From the human T2T-CHM13v2.0 reference genome, Homo sapiens, in NCBI RefSeq assembly GCF_009914755.1, contig NC_060926.1: a stretch of 64,000 bases of DNA; one strand, 5' to 3'. A model generated the notes under the pieces. It was not told where the DNA came from, searched no databases, and saw only the letters and a program-made list of their open reading frames with translations. Positions 13,880 to 29,260 of the stretch are shown here, one piece after another; the stretch's first letter is position 1; every line of letters starts with the position of its first letter. A program made the translations under genes and the position numbers.

Positions 13880-14590
13880 TTTATATTTCTTTCAGTTTAT
13901 TACTGATATGCTTTAATGTATCTCTAAAAGTGCTGCAACTACATATATGTGCCTTCTGAAGAGATAAAATACAAAGCTCAGAGTAGCGGTTAAATCTGAA
14001 TGTAATCAAACTTCTAAGTATAAGTAGAGGTTTACAATAAATACAAGGGAAATTAACCAAGTCAGAATGTAGACAATTCTTCAAGGTAAATGTCGGTGAT
14101 TTAAAATCAATGGCAAGAAAAAAAGTAGAATAAGCAGTTATATATTTTTGAAGATTTAAAAGGCTTAATTGACTAAGTACAACCTATAAACTCTATTTAG
14201 ATCCTTAGTCAAAAACTGTCTGAAAAATAGAGCTCATGACAAAAATGTTAAACATTTGAACAGGGCCCAGTTTATTAGATGATATTAAGGAGTTGTGTGT
14301 TTAATATTATTTGATTTTAAAAATGCTTTAACTGCCAGAGATACATACCAAAATATTTAGGGTAAAATAACATTTTTGAAATTTGTTTTAAAATACTACA
14401 ACAAAAAATGACATATTAAAAATATTATTTCTTAGTAACACTTCCCTTAGTATTTATGGGTGAAATAAGTTTTTTAGGATATGCTTTTGATGTATTCCAA
14501 AAAAATGGAGAGATACAAAACACAAATTTGTAAAATATTTATAATGGTTAGATTTGGGCTATAAAGATTCATTATAAGAGCCCCTCTCCA
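13880..14590 (+). mobile_element. Old L1M (MC/ME) 3'UTR fragments
   Basis: tattagatgatattaagga, agagatacatac...aaatatttaggg and gatatgcttt motifs typical of L1MC/ME. Confidence 0.5.
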
Positions 14591-17500
14591 TAAAAATTCT
14601 AGGCCATTATGATTTGGATTAATATAAGGTGGTCATAATCTCATAGGTCTCATGAGTCTTCAGTCTACTAAATGTTTGACATTTCATTGGATTTGTGATA
14701 ATTTTCACTACTAATGTTGTCAAAGAAGGACTGGATATTTTTCCTTCAGTTACCTATTCTTTGTTGGTCACAGTTTGATGTCTGATAGAAATGCTTAACA
14801 AAATTGTACTTGATTTTCGAAAACTAGCAAATTATTTCAAAATTCACACATTCCAATTAACAAGTTGTGATTCATTTGTCTGTCACTCAAGTAGCAACAC
14901 GGAGAAGGGAAAAAGAAAGATGAGATCGACTTCAGAACATCAATGATACTCAGTTTTACAGCATAGCACTGCTAGTACCATACTGGCCAAGTTAGGTTCC
15001 CCAAGTACTCCCCAGTCACTCACTGTTCACACTTCCCTCTGAAATGTGTACTTCTTTTTTTGTTATTGCTCTTGTTTTATAGGTAATTCATAGCTACCCA
15101 AAGTGTTTTTAACAGTGTGCAGCACTACTTTTTTAGATACCTATCAGGTCAGATGAATTTATATTTTCTCTCTGTTAACTTGTGTAATGATAATTAGGTA
15201 ACATATAGTTAACTGATAATTTAAACTAGTTAAAAATTCACCCTCACTTGTTTTTGTCTAATAGTAGTATGAATTGATAAGCATTTTGTTTGTTTTAATC
15301 ACATAGAGCTACACCTATTATTCCGATACACAATATACAGATGCTTCCAAGATAAAGTCCATGTATCAGCTTAGTTCAAATATTATTAAGCAAACTTCAA
15401 AAAAATGAACATGTTTCTTCTACTAAATGTGTTAATAAATCAAAATATCAATTTCAACAGACATATTTTATATTTCCACAAATAATTATGAGGGAATTCA
15501 GAACTAATAAAGTTCCTATTTAAATATTAGCAGTTTATTAAAAATTCAATAGAGAAATGAAAAAGGAAGTTTTGTGATGTATCAAGAGCACTAGTATTTT
15601 GTTATTATCGTTATTTTTTAAAATAACACAGTCTCAAGTTAACATGCCTTTCTATTTCATCTCTTTGCCTTGAAAATGACATAGTAGAGATATGTTAAAT
15701 ATTTTTAAAATAGTTGAAGATCATAATATTTTTGTTTTGGTTTCTAGTGTCCGGAGTTCAAATTGAACTCCAGTATAAATAATATACTCTAGAAACAATT
15801 CTTAGACAGCTAGGTGCACAAATGCTACTGTTAATCATATGCTTCAGCTCCTTGAAATTGTGTACATATGCATGTAAGTAATCAGGCAGATATTTATTTA
15901 TTAGTAATAATGAACATTTTCTGAAAACAGACAATAGTATGTTTTGAACATGCTAGAACTTTAGCTTTTTCTTAGGTTTCCTATTTTTAAATAAAACTAA
16001 AAAATTATACTCATATGTAAGAGGTCAATCACATTTGGCAGGATCACTTAAGATATAACAATGATATAATATATAATTTTATATATATTATAATAACAAT
16101 GATATGAAGACAGTAATGATTCAGATTTTTAAAATTAACTACAGACATTGAGATACATAATTGTTCTTACTTCATACCTTATTTAACGTTATAAACACTA
16201 TTTCTGTTATAAATAGGTGTCTCAGCTGCACGTTGCAACTTGGAGTAGACCACTGAGCCGTCCTCCTAAATATTATGACATGGAGAAAATCACGTCGTAC
16301 TTTAACCTATCAACAAAGGAGCAAAGCAATTACAGAGCTAAACAGAGTCCAGGAAGACCCAATAAAGAAAAATCCAAGAAAATTTGGTGAAAATTCTTAA
16401 GGGGCCTTCCAATGTTTAATTTAGGCCTGAGGCATGATTAATATTCTGATTCTAATTCAAAAGACTGAACCACAAAGGTACATCTTTTGGGTATTTTTAA
16501 TAAGCGTAGTACAACACTCTGTGAATTAACAGCTGGTCTGACTGGTATTTTACTTCCTCTTTGCTTACTCAAGTGAAGCAGTTAATATTAGTATAATCAT
16601 CAAACTAACACTAGTCCGGCAGAGGGACAGATTTTTTTTTCTAGTGTTGTGATGTAGAATACAAATTTTAAAATACAAAAAAAATAAAAACCCACAGCTG
16701 TATTAATATTAATCAAATCATTGTTTTAGATCTAAAAAACATTAGAAGTGCATTTCAACAAAAAAGAAAAATTAAAATTTTAAAACCATATTCCATCTTA
16801 AAAAAAATTTCAAAGGAAAAATAAAATATCAAATACTTAAATAATTTAATGAAATCGATCAGATGTTTATGAGAAATGTTGAGAAGAATCATGAAAAAGT
16901 GATAAGAATAATTTGTCAGTATTATTGCTAAAAATAAGTAATAACTTCAGAATAAAACTCTATTTTCATAAAACTGTATAAACAATTACTATGTATTTTA
17001 TGTATACCCGAACAAAAGTTACACTTTTTTGGTCAATGAAGAATAATATTTAGACCATGAAGCATTAATTTTCATAATTTTGTTGTTTGCAGTGTTTCAA
17101 TCCCTTTTATCATCTGATGTTTTGACATGCTCATTAAGATTCACGGCAAATGAGATATTCATATTTGCTGAAAACAAAAATTTTTATTTCTTTGATTTTA
17201 ATTTTTAATACATTTGCAACTGAAGCATATTTGAAGCAAAATTTGCAACATAATTTTTTTATAGTTTTTAGGCAGGTCATCTTCAATTTTCATAAAATAT
17301 TCTTTTACAAAATCTCATTTTGAACTATTCTTTGTAAACGTAGGACTTCTAACCATTGTGCTTATATATGATTCTTCAATTTACTAAATGAATCTACAAT
17401 TTATACATTAAACCGCTCATTAATGACATTAAACTCACCTGTAAAATATTTAGCCTTGGCTGTTTGCCATTACATTTACAGTAAAAGACAATGCATTATT

Positions 17501-20129
17501 TTTATAGAACATTACTAAATATAAACTAAAATGTTATTACTGTGCTCCTAGTTAAAATCATCATGGCAAAAATAAACTTCATAATACTCAAATATATACA
17601 CTAAATTATAAATTAACTCTCTTAATGTTTCGCTTTTTATTCTACAATCAACCATTTTAAAAGAAATTTAAAAGATAGCAGACTTAGGTAAGACTATATC
17701 TTTTAAGCAACACGTTTAATCACATTACTAGACATGCAACTGTCTATTTAGTGAATTAGGGCTATCATATATGTCAGAATATTATGCACAGTAAGAAACA
17801 TTTGAAATGTTTTTAACGTTTCCCTAACTGTTAAGTGCAAAGTCTTTGACTATGAAGCATCAGCGGCATGATGAGTCTAATGACTATTTCCATTCTCTCC
17901 CAAGAATATATCTCCATTGGAAGAAAACATGCATATACCCTCCTTTCCAAAAACAAAAATAAACAAACGCAAAGTAATATTCATATTGGTTTCAGTTCTA
18001 TAATCATAATGGATACTGATCATCAGGTGTTGTATACACAAGTAGTAGAGAATACAGCAAATGACACACTGGTGATTCTGTTCTTGATTAAGGGATTTGC
18101 TTTCAATTTTTTAAAACTCTATGCAACCAAAGAAAAATGCACCTGCAACCAAATTGTGTCCCAAAGTCATTGATTTGCAATTCTGGGGAGTGAATGGTCT
18201 ACGTCAAAAGCTACCCAGGTATACAACTCCTGAATATCAGATATTAGCTTCTGGGCTTGACTGATAAAATGAATTAAATTACCAACTACTACAAGGGACA
18301 TTTGTGATGAGCTGCTGAGGAGTCTTGACATCAAATATGGCTTTACTGAAAATAGATAATTTGTTTATTGGAGACATATAGAAGAAAGATTAATTATGAA
18401 GTTTAGAAAAACAGAAGGATAGAGAAGAGAGAATAATAAAAGCTGAATCATGTTTCTTTTCTCCCCCAAAATATTCCAACCAGAGCTTTAACACAGGTGG
18501 ATAAACTTCTTGCAATTATGAAAAGACTCTGTATACTAAGAAAATCTACATTCTAGTGGTACTGCTTTACCGGGTGCCTTGGAAGTGCCTCATAATTTCA
18601 GAACTCAGTTTCCCTAGCTATAAAATACCAACGTGTGTTAAAGCTATATATTTTCTACTATCTTTTCCAGCTCTAAATCCTATATATGCTATTTTCCTGC
18701 CATAATATTAATGGTATAAATAGAAGTTAGATTCTCCTTGCTACAAAAATATATTTAAGGAAAATTTGCAGAATTAAAAGGAAAAGGAAGGGGATTGGGC
18801 ACAAAGAAACAAAATGGTATATCTTCTTATATGTTTCTGGTCTCAAAGGATAGAAAGTCTCTGAAAAGATTTTCAGACTTGAAAAATTCTTTATATTTTG
18901 TGACTTGTGAAGAGCATTTATATTTTATCAGTTGTTTTAATATTAAGTATTCAGACAAGGTGGTTTATTGCACATTAAAATAAAAATTTATTTAATCTTT
19001 TCAATGAATTTTTATTCCAAAAGTATAATCTTCTATTTTACTAGTAAGAACAGAAGATTCTGTTAAGGGAAATTTACAGGGATGTTCATAAGGTCACATC
19101 TCTTCTATCCCATAGATCATATTTCTATTGGCAGAAACATAGTTGAGAAAGACTCAGAGAATTTTCGATATTGAAGAGTTTTCAAAGACCATATTCAGGA
19201 ATTGGTGTGTTTTTCTTATAAAACTGCCTTATTTTAATATAGGACTTTCTATAGTTTACAACCAGCTGTAATTACTGAAATCAAACTAGTAGTGTATCTG
19301 AAATATACTAAAATAATCAATAAACAGTAAGAATTAGCCATCACTGAATTGTACAACATTGGCTTCCTCTTTATACTATCATTGGCTTTGCTTCTCTTCT
19401 GACTGACTGTTCTAACTAGTGTTTGAACCTTGCAAGAACATTTATTTATAAATTAATTTAAATTCAATAAACTTCTATATTCCAGAATAATTGTAAACTC
19501 TTATGTAATATCTTAAAGAAAAAAGTTGCTGAAGTAAAACAAATTCTATTGCCTTCCATAATTGTGTTTGTTAACAAAAATCATATTTGTATGAAAACCC
19601 GACTTCATTTACTGCAATTAATTAAAGAGCATACCTTGGCATACATGAGGTATTTCTCATGCTAAAGTCAAAGGCTATTTGCTAACTTTTGGTATTATGG
19701 AAAGACGTAGTCCAACAGTTGATTTGGATAGTAACTGAACTGGGCATTAAGAATGCCAAAATAAGGGACTGGCAATTCTAATCAGGGGAGTAAAAACCAC
19801 TGGAGAATGAATGTTGAGGAAAGCATAGTATTTTCTTAATTTTTTTTTACTGCTTCATACTTCTGATTCCAGATATGAAGAGAAAGAATAGGTGAGAAAT
19901 CTGCATAATTTGGAGGCAATAGCTAGAGTCGCTGAAGAATGTGTACATAAATAAGACAGCGGTAGCAGATGCCAGAGGAGGGGAGATGATGAAGAGGGAT
20001 GGTAGGCAGAGCCACCAACAGAGCAAACTGAGTTTAGAATAGTAGGTCCATAGACTTCTAATCCTGGGGAATAAAAAGTTTTAAAAATGCAATAATCCAA
20101 ATAAATGTCATGCATTAAGGTGTTTATAT

Positions 20130-20590
20130 TTGCTATTCGTTCATTGAAGAATACAATTTTATTGAATAAGTGATTGGTCAATAAGCAATTATAAGGCAAC
20201 CAAGTTAGAAGCTGTGGAGATAGAAATTAGTAAAACACAATCCCTCCCCTCCAAGACTGAAAAAGACATTGTCTCTGCCCTTTAGAAGCTCACGGTTTAA
20301 TTGGGAAGATAGAAATAGGAGTGTTATGTTGGAGATAAGGGCAAAATGCTATGGTCACCCAGGCAGGAGAGTAATAAACTCTAAGTGGGTTGCCATTTGA
20401 GCAGAGTCTTACAAAAAAGAATAACTATTTTTCCAGGCAAAGGAATGAGAGGAACAGCAGAATAGACATAACGGTGCGTAACATATTTGGGAAACATGAG
20501 GGGAGCAGTTGCAAAGGTTGATGATGAAATGACGAGCTGATGACAGGGACCAAAGTCTGCAAATTACATATTATATGGCTCTTATCTCAC
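20130..20590 (-). mobile_element. L2 fragments
   Basis: attcgttcatt...ttattgaa; gtctctgccctttagaagctcac. Confidence 0.55.
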
Positions 20591-20594
20591 AGGG

Positions 20595-21640
20595 CAGTGA
20601 TCTCAACCGTATCTGACTCAAAGGTCTATTTTAATAACAAGTATATACTTTATATATATGAAATATTATAAAATATGTGATAATCTCCACTTAGCTACCT
20701 GGAAATAACATTTATACATATTATAACAGGTATATAACAAACTAAAAACAAAAAGTTAATATAATGACAAAATAAAAAGAAAATATTTAAACAAAATAGT
20801 GTAAATGTTAAGGCATAAATGTCAGACATGATTGCATTAGACCTGATAAAGAATTCAGATGCTTGCACTTATATGGGGAACCACTGTGAATTTAATGCCT
20901 ATAAATATAGGCTCATACAGATGTGTTGCATTGGCAATGCAAATAACCACCGACATGGTTGCTAAAGGTGATGTGATTTTCCAAAATAATAATTTTTTAA
21001 AAAATTCCCTCTATTTGCATTGTGGTTGCATTTCTGGAAAATGTTGCAAATAAAACTGCAAAAGAAAAATGCCTTTTGCTTATTTAGGGAATCAAGTCCA
21101 GTGCTTGTTGTTATTTTTTATTTGTTTTTCACCCAGTTGCATATTCAATGATTCTTTGGAAAGTGGTTAAGGACTTATGTAACAAACTTACATTTAACAA
21201 ACTTAAAACAGTTGATCTATCCTCCCTCAGGAAAAATCATCCTTGATCAGGACTGTGCTATGAACTACACCTAAAATCCTTCTCTGCTCCCCTTCCCAGC
21301 CACCAAATTCTAAAAGTCATCGCAAAAAATGCCCTCTCCCATGTCAAACCCTGGCCTCCAGCTATGAGTGATTCCTTAAGGACATAGATCCTCAAAATTT
21401 GAATCACATTTACCTCTGTAAAAGTTAAGTTTTGGGCCTACACATCCCATATGTGTGTACTGTATTTATAAATTATGTACACGTACTACCGTACTAATTA
21501 TATAATGGGGATATTTTGAGACATATATAAACATATTTATTAAAGAATGAGATAAAAATTAATATTTTTCCAATATTTTTAGACACTCAAGTCATGTTTT
21601 CTGACTTTTTTGGGGATAATTTCAATTTGTAAACCACAGC
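20595..21640. mobile_element. hAT-Charlie-type DNA transposon fossils
   Basis: cagtgatctcaac start, gatgcttgcac...gatgtgattttcc internal sequence and aaaccacag end resemble non-autonomous Charlie elements. Confidence 0.5.
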
Positions 21641-22277
21641 TCTGTGATAACAGAGTGCCAACGAGGGCAGGTGAGTCCTGGCATAGCATGAGAAGATGAA
21701 TGTTTTAATGAAAGGCACATCTCTATCTTAACACTGCATGAGGTAGAAGGGAGGGAGGGTAGATCAACTGTTTTAAGTTTGTTACCTGTAATCTGGATAA
21801 AATTTCAGGAGAAAGTTGAAGCAATGTGAAAGGATTTATAAGAGTGGCAATTGAGAGAAAATGTTGATAGTATTTAGAGTTATTCTGTACTAAATGAAAA
21901 GGGTATTGATCATTAATTTATTTTTATATTAATCCCTCCTTTTCTAAAAATAAGATTTATTAAATAATCTTTAGTCATGTGTAATGGAAAAATATGTACA
22001 AAATATATAAAAATATATACAAGCTTTCTAAGCCCTCCATCAGTCATGATAATCTGCCCCTTTCCCACCATTAACAATACACAAGCTATTATTCTGAGTT
22101 TTAAAAGCTAAATATGATTTTTTAAAATAGCTAGAACTTTAAGCTTGAACTCTACCAACTGAGGCTCTTTTCTTCTTTAGATTAAGGGCTAATCTACAGA
22201 TAGGAGTCGGAGTGACTTACTTTAAAGCCTCTCTTATACGGACCACCATATTTCATTCTTGCCTTCATTAGAATTAC

Positions 22278-22384
22278 ATTTTATTATCAGTACCATGATT
22301 TAGGAGATAAATTTTTTCAAACCATATGTATATATATAAAACGAAAAAAATTTACCTCCTAAATCATGGTACTGATAATAAAAT
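22278..22384. repeat. Inverted repeat 1 (40-bp arms, 1 mismatch, 27-nt loop)
   Basis: attttattatcagtaccatgatttaggagataaatttttt (22278-22317) pairs with aaaaaatttacctcctaaatcatggtactgataataaaat (22345-22384). Confidence 0.97.
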
Positions 22385-22420
22385 ATATATATATATTTTT
22401 TAAACCATATATATACACAA

Positions 22421-22485
22421 AATGTTTTGGTCACTTTGTCCTTCCCTTTAGCTTTTAAAGGGAAGGACAAAGTGGCCAAAACATT
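22421..22485. repeat. Inverted repeat 2 (30-bp arms, one T:G, 5-nt loop)
   Basis: aatgttttggtcactttgtccttcccttta, loop gcttt, taaagggaaggacaaagtggccaaaacatt. Confidence 0.97.
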
Positions 22486-22544
22486 ATATATATATATATA
22501 TGCTGTATATATATAAACTACTATGATATTGCAGTTTTATCTTC

Positions 22545-24070
<1,526 letters not shown>

Positions 24071-24289
24071 CAACATGTGGAAGTTTATAGCACAGTTTTG
24101 TAATTTTGAAGATTCCAATTTCTCCTTCCCCAAAATAGACCTCCTTCTCTTTTTCAGCTTAGGTAGACTCTTTGAGATCCTCCAAGTTTGGAGACAGGGA
24201 TAAACAAATATTGAAGTAAACTAAAAATAACTCTCTCTACTGGAATGAAGAGTTTGAAGAAACAACCCACTTTTATTTGTCTCTTAAAC

Positions 24290-25365
24290 ATTTTCAGGTT
24301 GAGAGAAATTAAAGACTTAAATAAATGGAAAAGTGTATCAGGTTCATGAACTGGGTGACTCAATATTAAAACATCATTTTTTTCCTTAAATTGATGTCTA
24401 GATCTAATGCAATCCAAACTAAAATACCAGAAGACTTTTTTGTAGTATTTATTAAGTTGAATCTAAAATTAAATAGAAATGCAAATAACCTAGAAAAGCC
24501 AAAAGCAATTTTGAAAGATAACAATGTTGGAGCACTTATACTATAAAGCTACAGTAATCAAAACAGTGTGTTTTTTGTTAGGACACACATATGTGTCAAT
24601 GGAACAAATTAGAGTCTAGAAAAAAACCACAATTATGACACTTTTGACAAAAACGTAGGCAATTCCATGGAGAAAAAGTAGTTTTTTCAACAAATAGCCT
24701 TAGAACAGCTGGATATGCATATGAACTTCAATTCTTAATTCACACAACAAACAAAATTTAGCATGAAATAGAACATAGACCTAAAAATTAAAATTATAAA
24801 TATAAAATTTCTAGAAGAGAACACAGTAGGAAATCTTTGCACACTTGGACTACGCAATGATTTACTAGGCAAGCCACAAAAAGCTGAGTCCATAAAAGGA
24901 AAATATTGATACATTTTACTTCATCAAAATTTATCTAAGAATCTTTCAGCTCTTAAATAAATGGAAAGGGAAGCCAAAAACTGGGAAAAAATATTCACAA
25001 TGCATAAACTGATGAAAAGCTTATATTCAGAATATAAAAAGCATGTTTACATATCAGTTACAAGAAGACAACTCAATTAAAATTGGGAAAATGATTTTAT
25101 TTTTCACAAAGGATGGTACACAAATGAATGATGAATACAAGAAACAGTGTTCAACGTCATTAGCAATCAGGAAAATTCACATTAAAACTGCAGTGAGATT
25201 CTACTATAAAATCACTAGAAGAGCTAAAATTAGGACTGAAAATATCAATTGCTGATCAAAATATATAGTAACTGGAACTTTCATACATTTCTGGTAGAAA
25301 TGTAAATTTATGCACTTTGGAATAGACTGGCAGTCTTTCATAAAGACACATACACACTTACCAAA
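24290..25365 (+). mobile_element. Degraded L1M ORF2 3' region
   Basis: aaagacttaaataaatgga...ctataaagctacagtaatcaaaacagtgtg; ORF 25043 contains KQCSTSLAIR. Confidence 0.85.
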
Positions 25366-27699
25366 TAAAGTTTGTGTTTAAATTAAAATAATAGTCAAAC
25401 CAAATAAAAACAGTAATCCAAAGCACTACATACCAAATTTTAAAGCAGATTTGATAGATTCATATTAAGTGGATTTGATATAGTCATATTTGACATAAAC
25501 AAATTCAAAATACAGAATTTTAATAGGACTTGCTATTGCTTAGTGAGTCGACATCACATAACTCTAATACTCTAATCTCTGAGGAATAATTTTTAAAATC
25601 ACTGTTTCCTGGTGACATTATTTCTAAGCCTTTATATATTTATGACCTTGTCATTATTCCTATTAAATTTTGGGGATTATATTGATTTTTAGTTTTTTTG
25701 GTAAAAGTGTTATTTTAGATTTCATTTATTTTCAAAACTTCCAACTAAAGTTCCTTAAACTTTTTTTGGATCACATGCAGCTATAAAATATTATCAGTTT
25801 CCAGAAAAATACAACAAATTGCAAGTACACTATGTTTAAGATGTAATTTTAGAAGGCCACTGGTCCCCTAAAGCACCTCTATTTATCTCCTAGAGAACCA
25901 TGAACTATAAAATAATGATCTATGATTCAAATACAATTTTGAAATGTTGAAAATATGAAAGACAGGTAAACACAGTTTCAAGATTTTCTTCAGCATACAA
26001 TGCTTATATAAGTATCATAGATCTAATTTAATGAAATACTAAACAAAGCATCTTATCACATAGCATTAAGCAGTTCCTAAGGAGCCACAGTACACATTAC
26101 TCTTAGAAGAAATCTTGGATGGTGACTGGAAGGACCACATCTAAAATCAATGGACTTTAGTTGAAATTCTGATCTACAACTGTAGGCTCAATTCCCCTAT
26201 CTGGGATTCGTGAATAGTTAACTATACCAATCTCTTTATTTGGTGTTAGAAGTATGTGAAATAATATAAAGTTACTTAGTATAATAATGGCACATATAAA
26301 ACATTTAGTACATGTTAACAATACTTATTAGCACATACTATGAATGTTCTCATTGGTGATGTGAATATATACTCCAAAGCACCAAATTCCTGTTTAAATC
26401 CTACAAAGAATCTTCCAAAGACACCAAGTTTTCATAATTTCAGTGTTCTTTCTAAGTCGTTGCTTTTCACTATTACTTTTACATTTATGTAACAAAGGAA
26501 TACTATTTTTATTCTGTTCTGTAGTGTTTGATATTGCACACATTTTTTTCCTTACATTATTGTCGGACAAGAGAACTCTGATTATGCACTGTTCACACAA
26601 AGCTTCCTTGTGTAATATTAAGATAGATCATTTGCCAAAAGAATAACCTCACCAAGAGGCCAAAGCATGGGACAACAAAAAAGTCTTTATGTAGTGATTG
26701 GTTCACAGGCATCCTGTGCCTTGAGGCGTGATTCAAATTTCCTCACTGAATTATATCTGTACATCTCTCACGCATATCCACATCCCTCACAAATCAACTT
26801 CCCTAGCTTCCAGAATTCATTAGGGACCTTATCCTCTCTCTAAAATAACTACAACTCTAATGCGTTCCCTGTTTATTTTCAACATAGAGCAAAGAGGAGC
26901 TGAATATTTAAGACCTTAGTTGTTAGACATGTTCGTAATAAAAGATTAAAGAAAAATAGAACAGAAAATTTGGATACAGAATACATCAGGCTTTTTTGGT
27001 TTAACTAAAGTCACTCAAGTTGTAAATTTAAGTGATTGAAGTTCTAAATAGAATAATAATTAAGATTTTTCAAAATGCAGAACTAGAAAAGAGAAACCTG
27101 GAAATTATTCCATCAAAGCTTTAACCTATAAAGCTTTAATTATATTCAGGATTTGAGGTTAGAATGATGAAGAATGCCTCCTTCTTAAATTAGGTTGAAG
27201 GTTTAAATCAAACTCAACAATTTCAGCAGTGCCCCAATAGATCTTAATGTCACATAGCTTTTTGCTCTTCATGTTCTTTTCTTTATTATTGCATTGCCTC
27301 ATTAACTCTCTTCTGTCCAAAAATAATAGACCGGAGTAGGAGGGCTAGTGATTATTGAAAACCTAGGGGTGTTCAGTATCAATACCCAAAACTTAGTATA
27401 CATCTTCTTAACTTCAAAGGAATATCATACTCATATACAGAAAAATTAAGAGCTTTTATATATAACTCCTTGTACCTCCAATTAAAAATGTGTGTAGTTT
27501 ATACCACTTTAGGTTTTGTTGTTTATAAGCCAATTACTGGAAAAATTATCAAATTATAACCTAGCCACTATAAATAAGTCTGATCCATCCAAATAAACAT
27601 GCAATATGAGTATATAAATGGATGGTTGGTATTGGTTCCTCATTTCTAGAACAGTTGTGTTTTGCATCAGAGCAATGAACTCTGCTTTCGTTTTCCTAG

Positions 27700-28490
27700 T
27701 TTTGCTAGTCATGTCTGCGTGTTCCCATTCTCTTAACTTCCTTATTCAAATACTTACCAACTATTGTCAATTGTACATTTTAAATATCTCCAGATATGCA
27801 CACTTTCCTCTGTTCTTTCAGGGTCTTACTATTTCTTGTTGTTTGGATTATAGCAACATCTTCCAAATTGATGTTCTTTCTGCATGACTTGGTTCCCTTC
27901 TATCTATTCCCAAGATCAGAAGAATCTTTCTAAATGCAGAGATGATCAAGTCACCTCTGTTCTTCATACTTTAATGGTGGCATTAAAATGGAATTGTTAA
28001 TTTCTACTTTCTGTATACTTTTATTTTTTGTACCGATGCACTCTAGCCTCAAAAAAGCAAAAATATACCAATTTTTACTGTACGAATAACAAAGTTCAAT
28101 CACTTTACAATGACAATTAAGGACTTTGATTTGATCTTTTCTTATCTTGTCAATACTGACACACACCACCCCTGACTGTCTAGCTTAAATTTTGTGTAGT
28201 TGTTAGAATGTAATAATATCCTGTGAATCTCTGTACCTTTGGCACTCTCGTTATGATTAAAAACCTTTTCTTCTTTTTTTCTTGAATAACTCCTAAGTGT
28301 CTTTTAAGATTCTGCTCAGGCAGCACCTCCTACTCTAGTCAAAAACAGATGTGCAAGTTCAAACAGCAGTTTAAATGTTTCTCATAGACATCCCAAAACA
28401 ACTCAAGGGCAAAGACTATGCCTTACCAGTCTTCGCACAGCACCTAGTATCTACTAACTGCTCTCTAAATAGATGGTAATAAATGAAGAC
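27700..28490 (+). mobile_element. L2 fragments
   Basis: ttggattatagcaacatcttcc, atctttctaaatgca, gggcaaagactatg...cagcacctagta. Confidence 0.55.
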
Positions 28491-28619
28491 ATGCTTGGCT
28501 CTCTTTCTGAGTTTTCACTCTACACCTTAGAACACCAAAGCCCGTACCTTACTTTGGATAGACCCATCTGGCCCTGCCTTGACAATCTATATCAAACATA
28601 TTTCTTAGAGTTTGCTAAA

Positions 28620-29260
28620 GCTGAAGTTTGAATTTTGTGTACTAGAGCAGAAAAGAAAATGAATTTAGATTTATAATTTAGGCATTAGGAAACAATGAAA
28701 AGTTTAAGTTTAATTTTAATTTTAAAATAACAGATTTGCATATTGGCATCATCACTCTGATAACAGTGTGAAAAACTGATTAGATAAGGAAGACAATGGT
28801 GTCAAGGTAATTAATTTAGAGGCTATTTCAATAGTCAGGAGAGAGATAATAAGTACATGGATGATATTGGATCAGGAAGGAAAGAATCAGATTTGAGACA
28901 CTTAGGAGGTAAAATCACCAACTGTTCACTGGAGGATATAGGGATGATTTAGAGTCACAGAAGTTCCTAGATTTCAGGCTTTCCCAATCACTGCCAAATG
29001 AGAAAAAGAGGAAGAAATTTTGGTGTCAGTGTATGTGGCAGCAAGTGAGCAGAGGAGATAATCAGTTCTGTTCTGAACTTGTTAAGTTTGAGGTGTATAT
29101 GGGACATTCAACAGGAGGATTAGAGTATGTATTTAAATGTATGAATCTGAAAATCTGGGAATGGACAGGCCTGTAGATAAATATTTGATAATACAAAGCC
29201 TACAACTATTGTTTGAAATTATCAGAGTAGATGAAATTTTCAATGAAAATGTAGATTTTT
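28620..29260 (-). mobile_element. L2 fragments
   Basis: gaggctatttcaatagtcagg, agatttgagacacttaggaggtaaaatc, gttaagtttgaggtg. Confidence 0.65.

Noticed and set aside
16690-17620. AT-rich block suspected to be a transposase fossil
   Set aside because: I could not recover transposase motifs or TIRs by eye.
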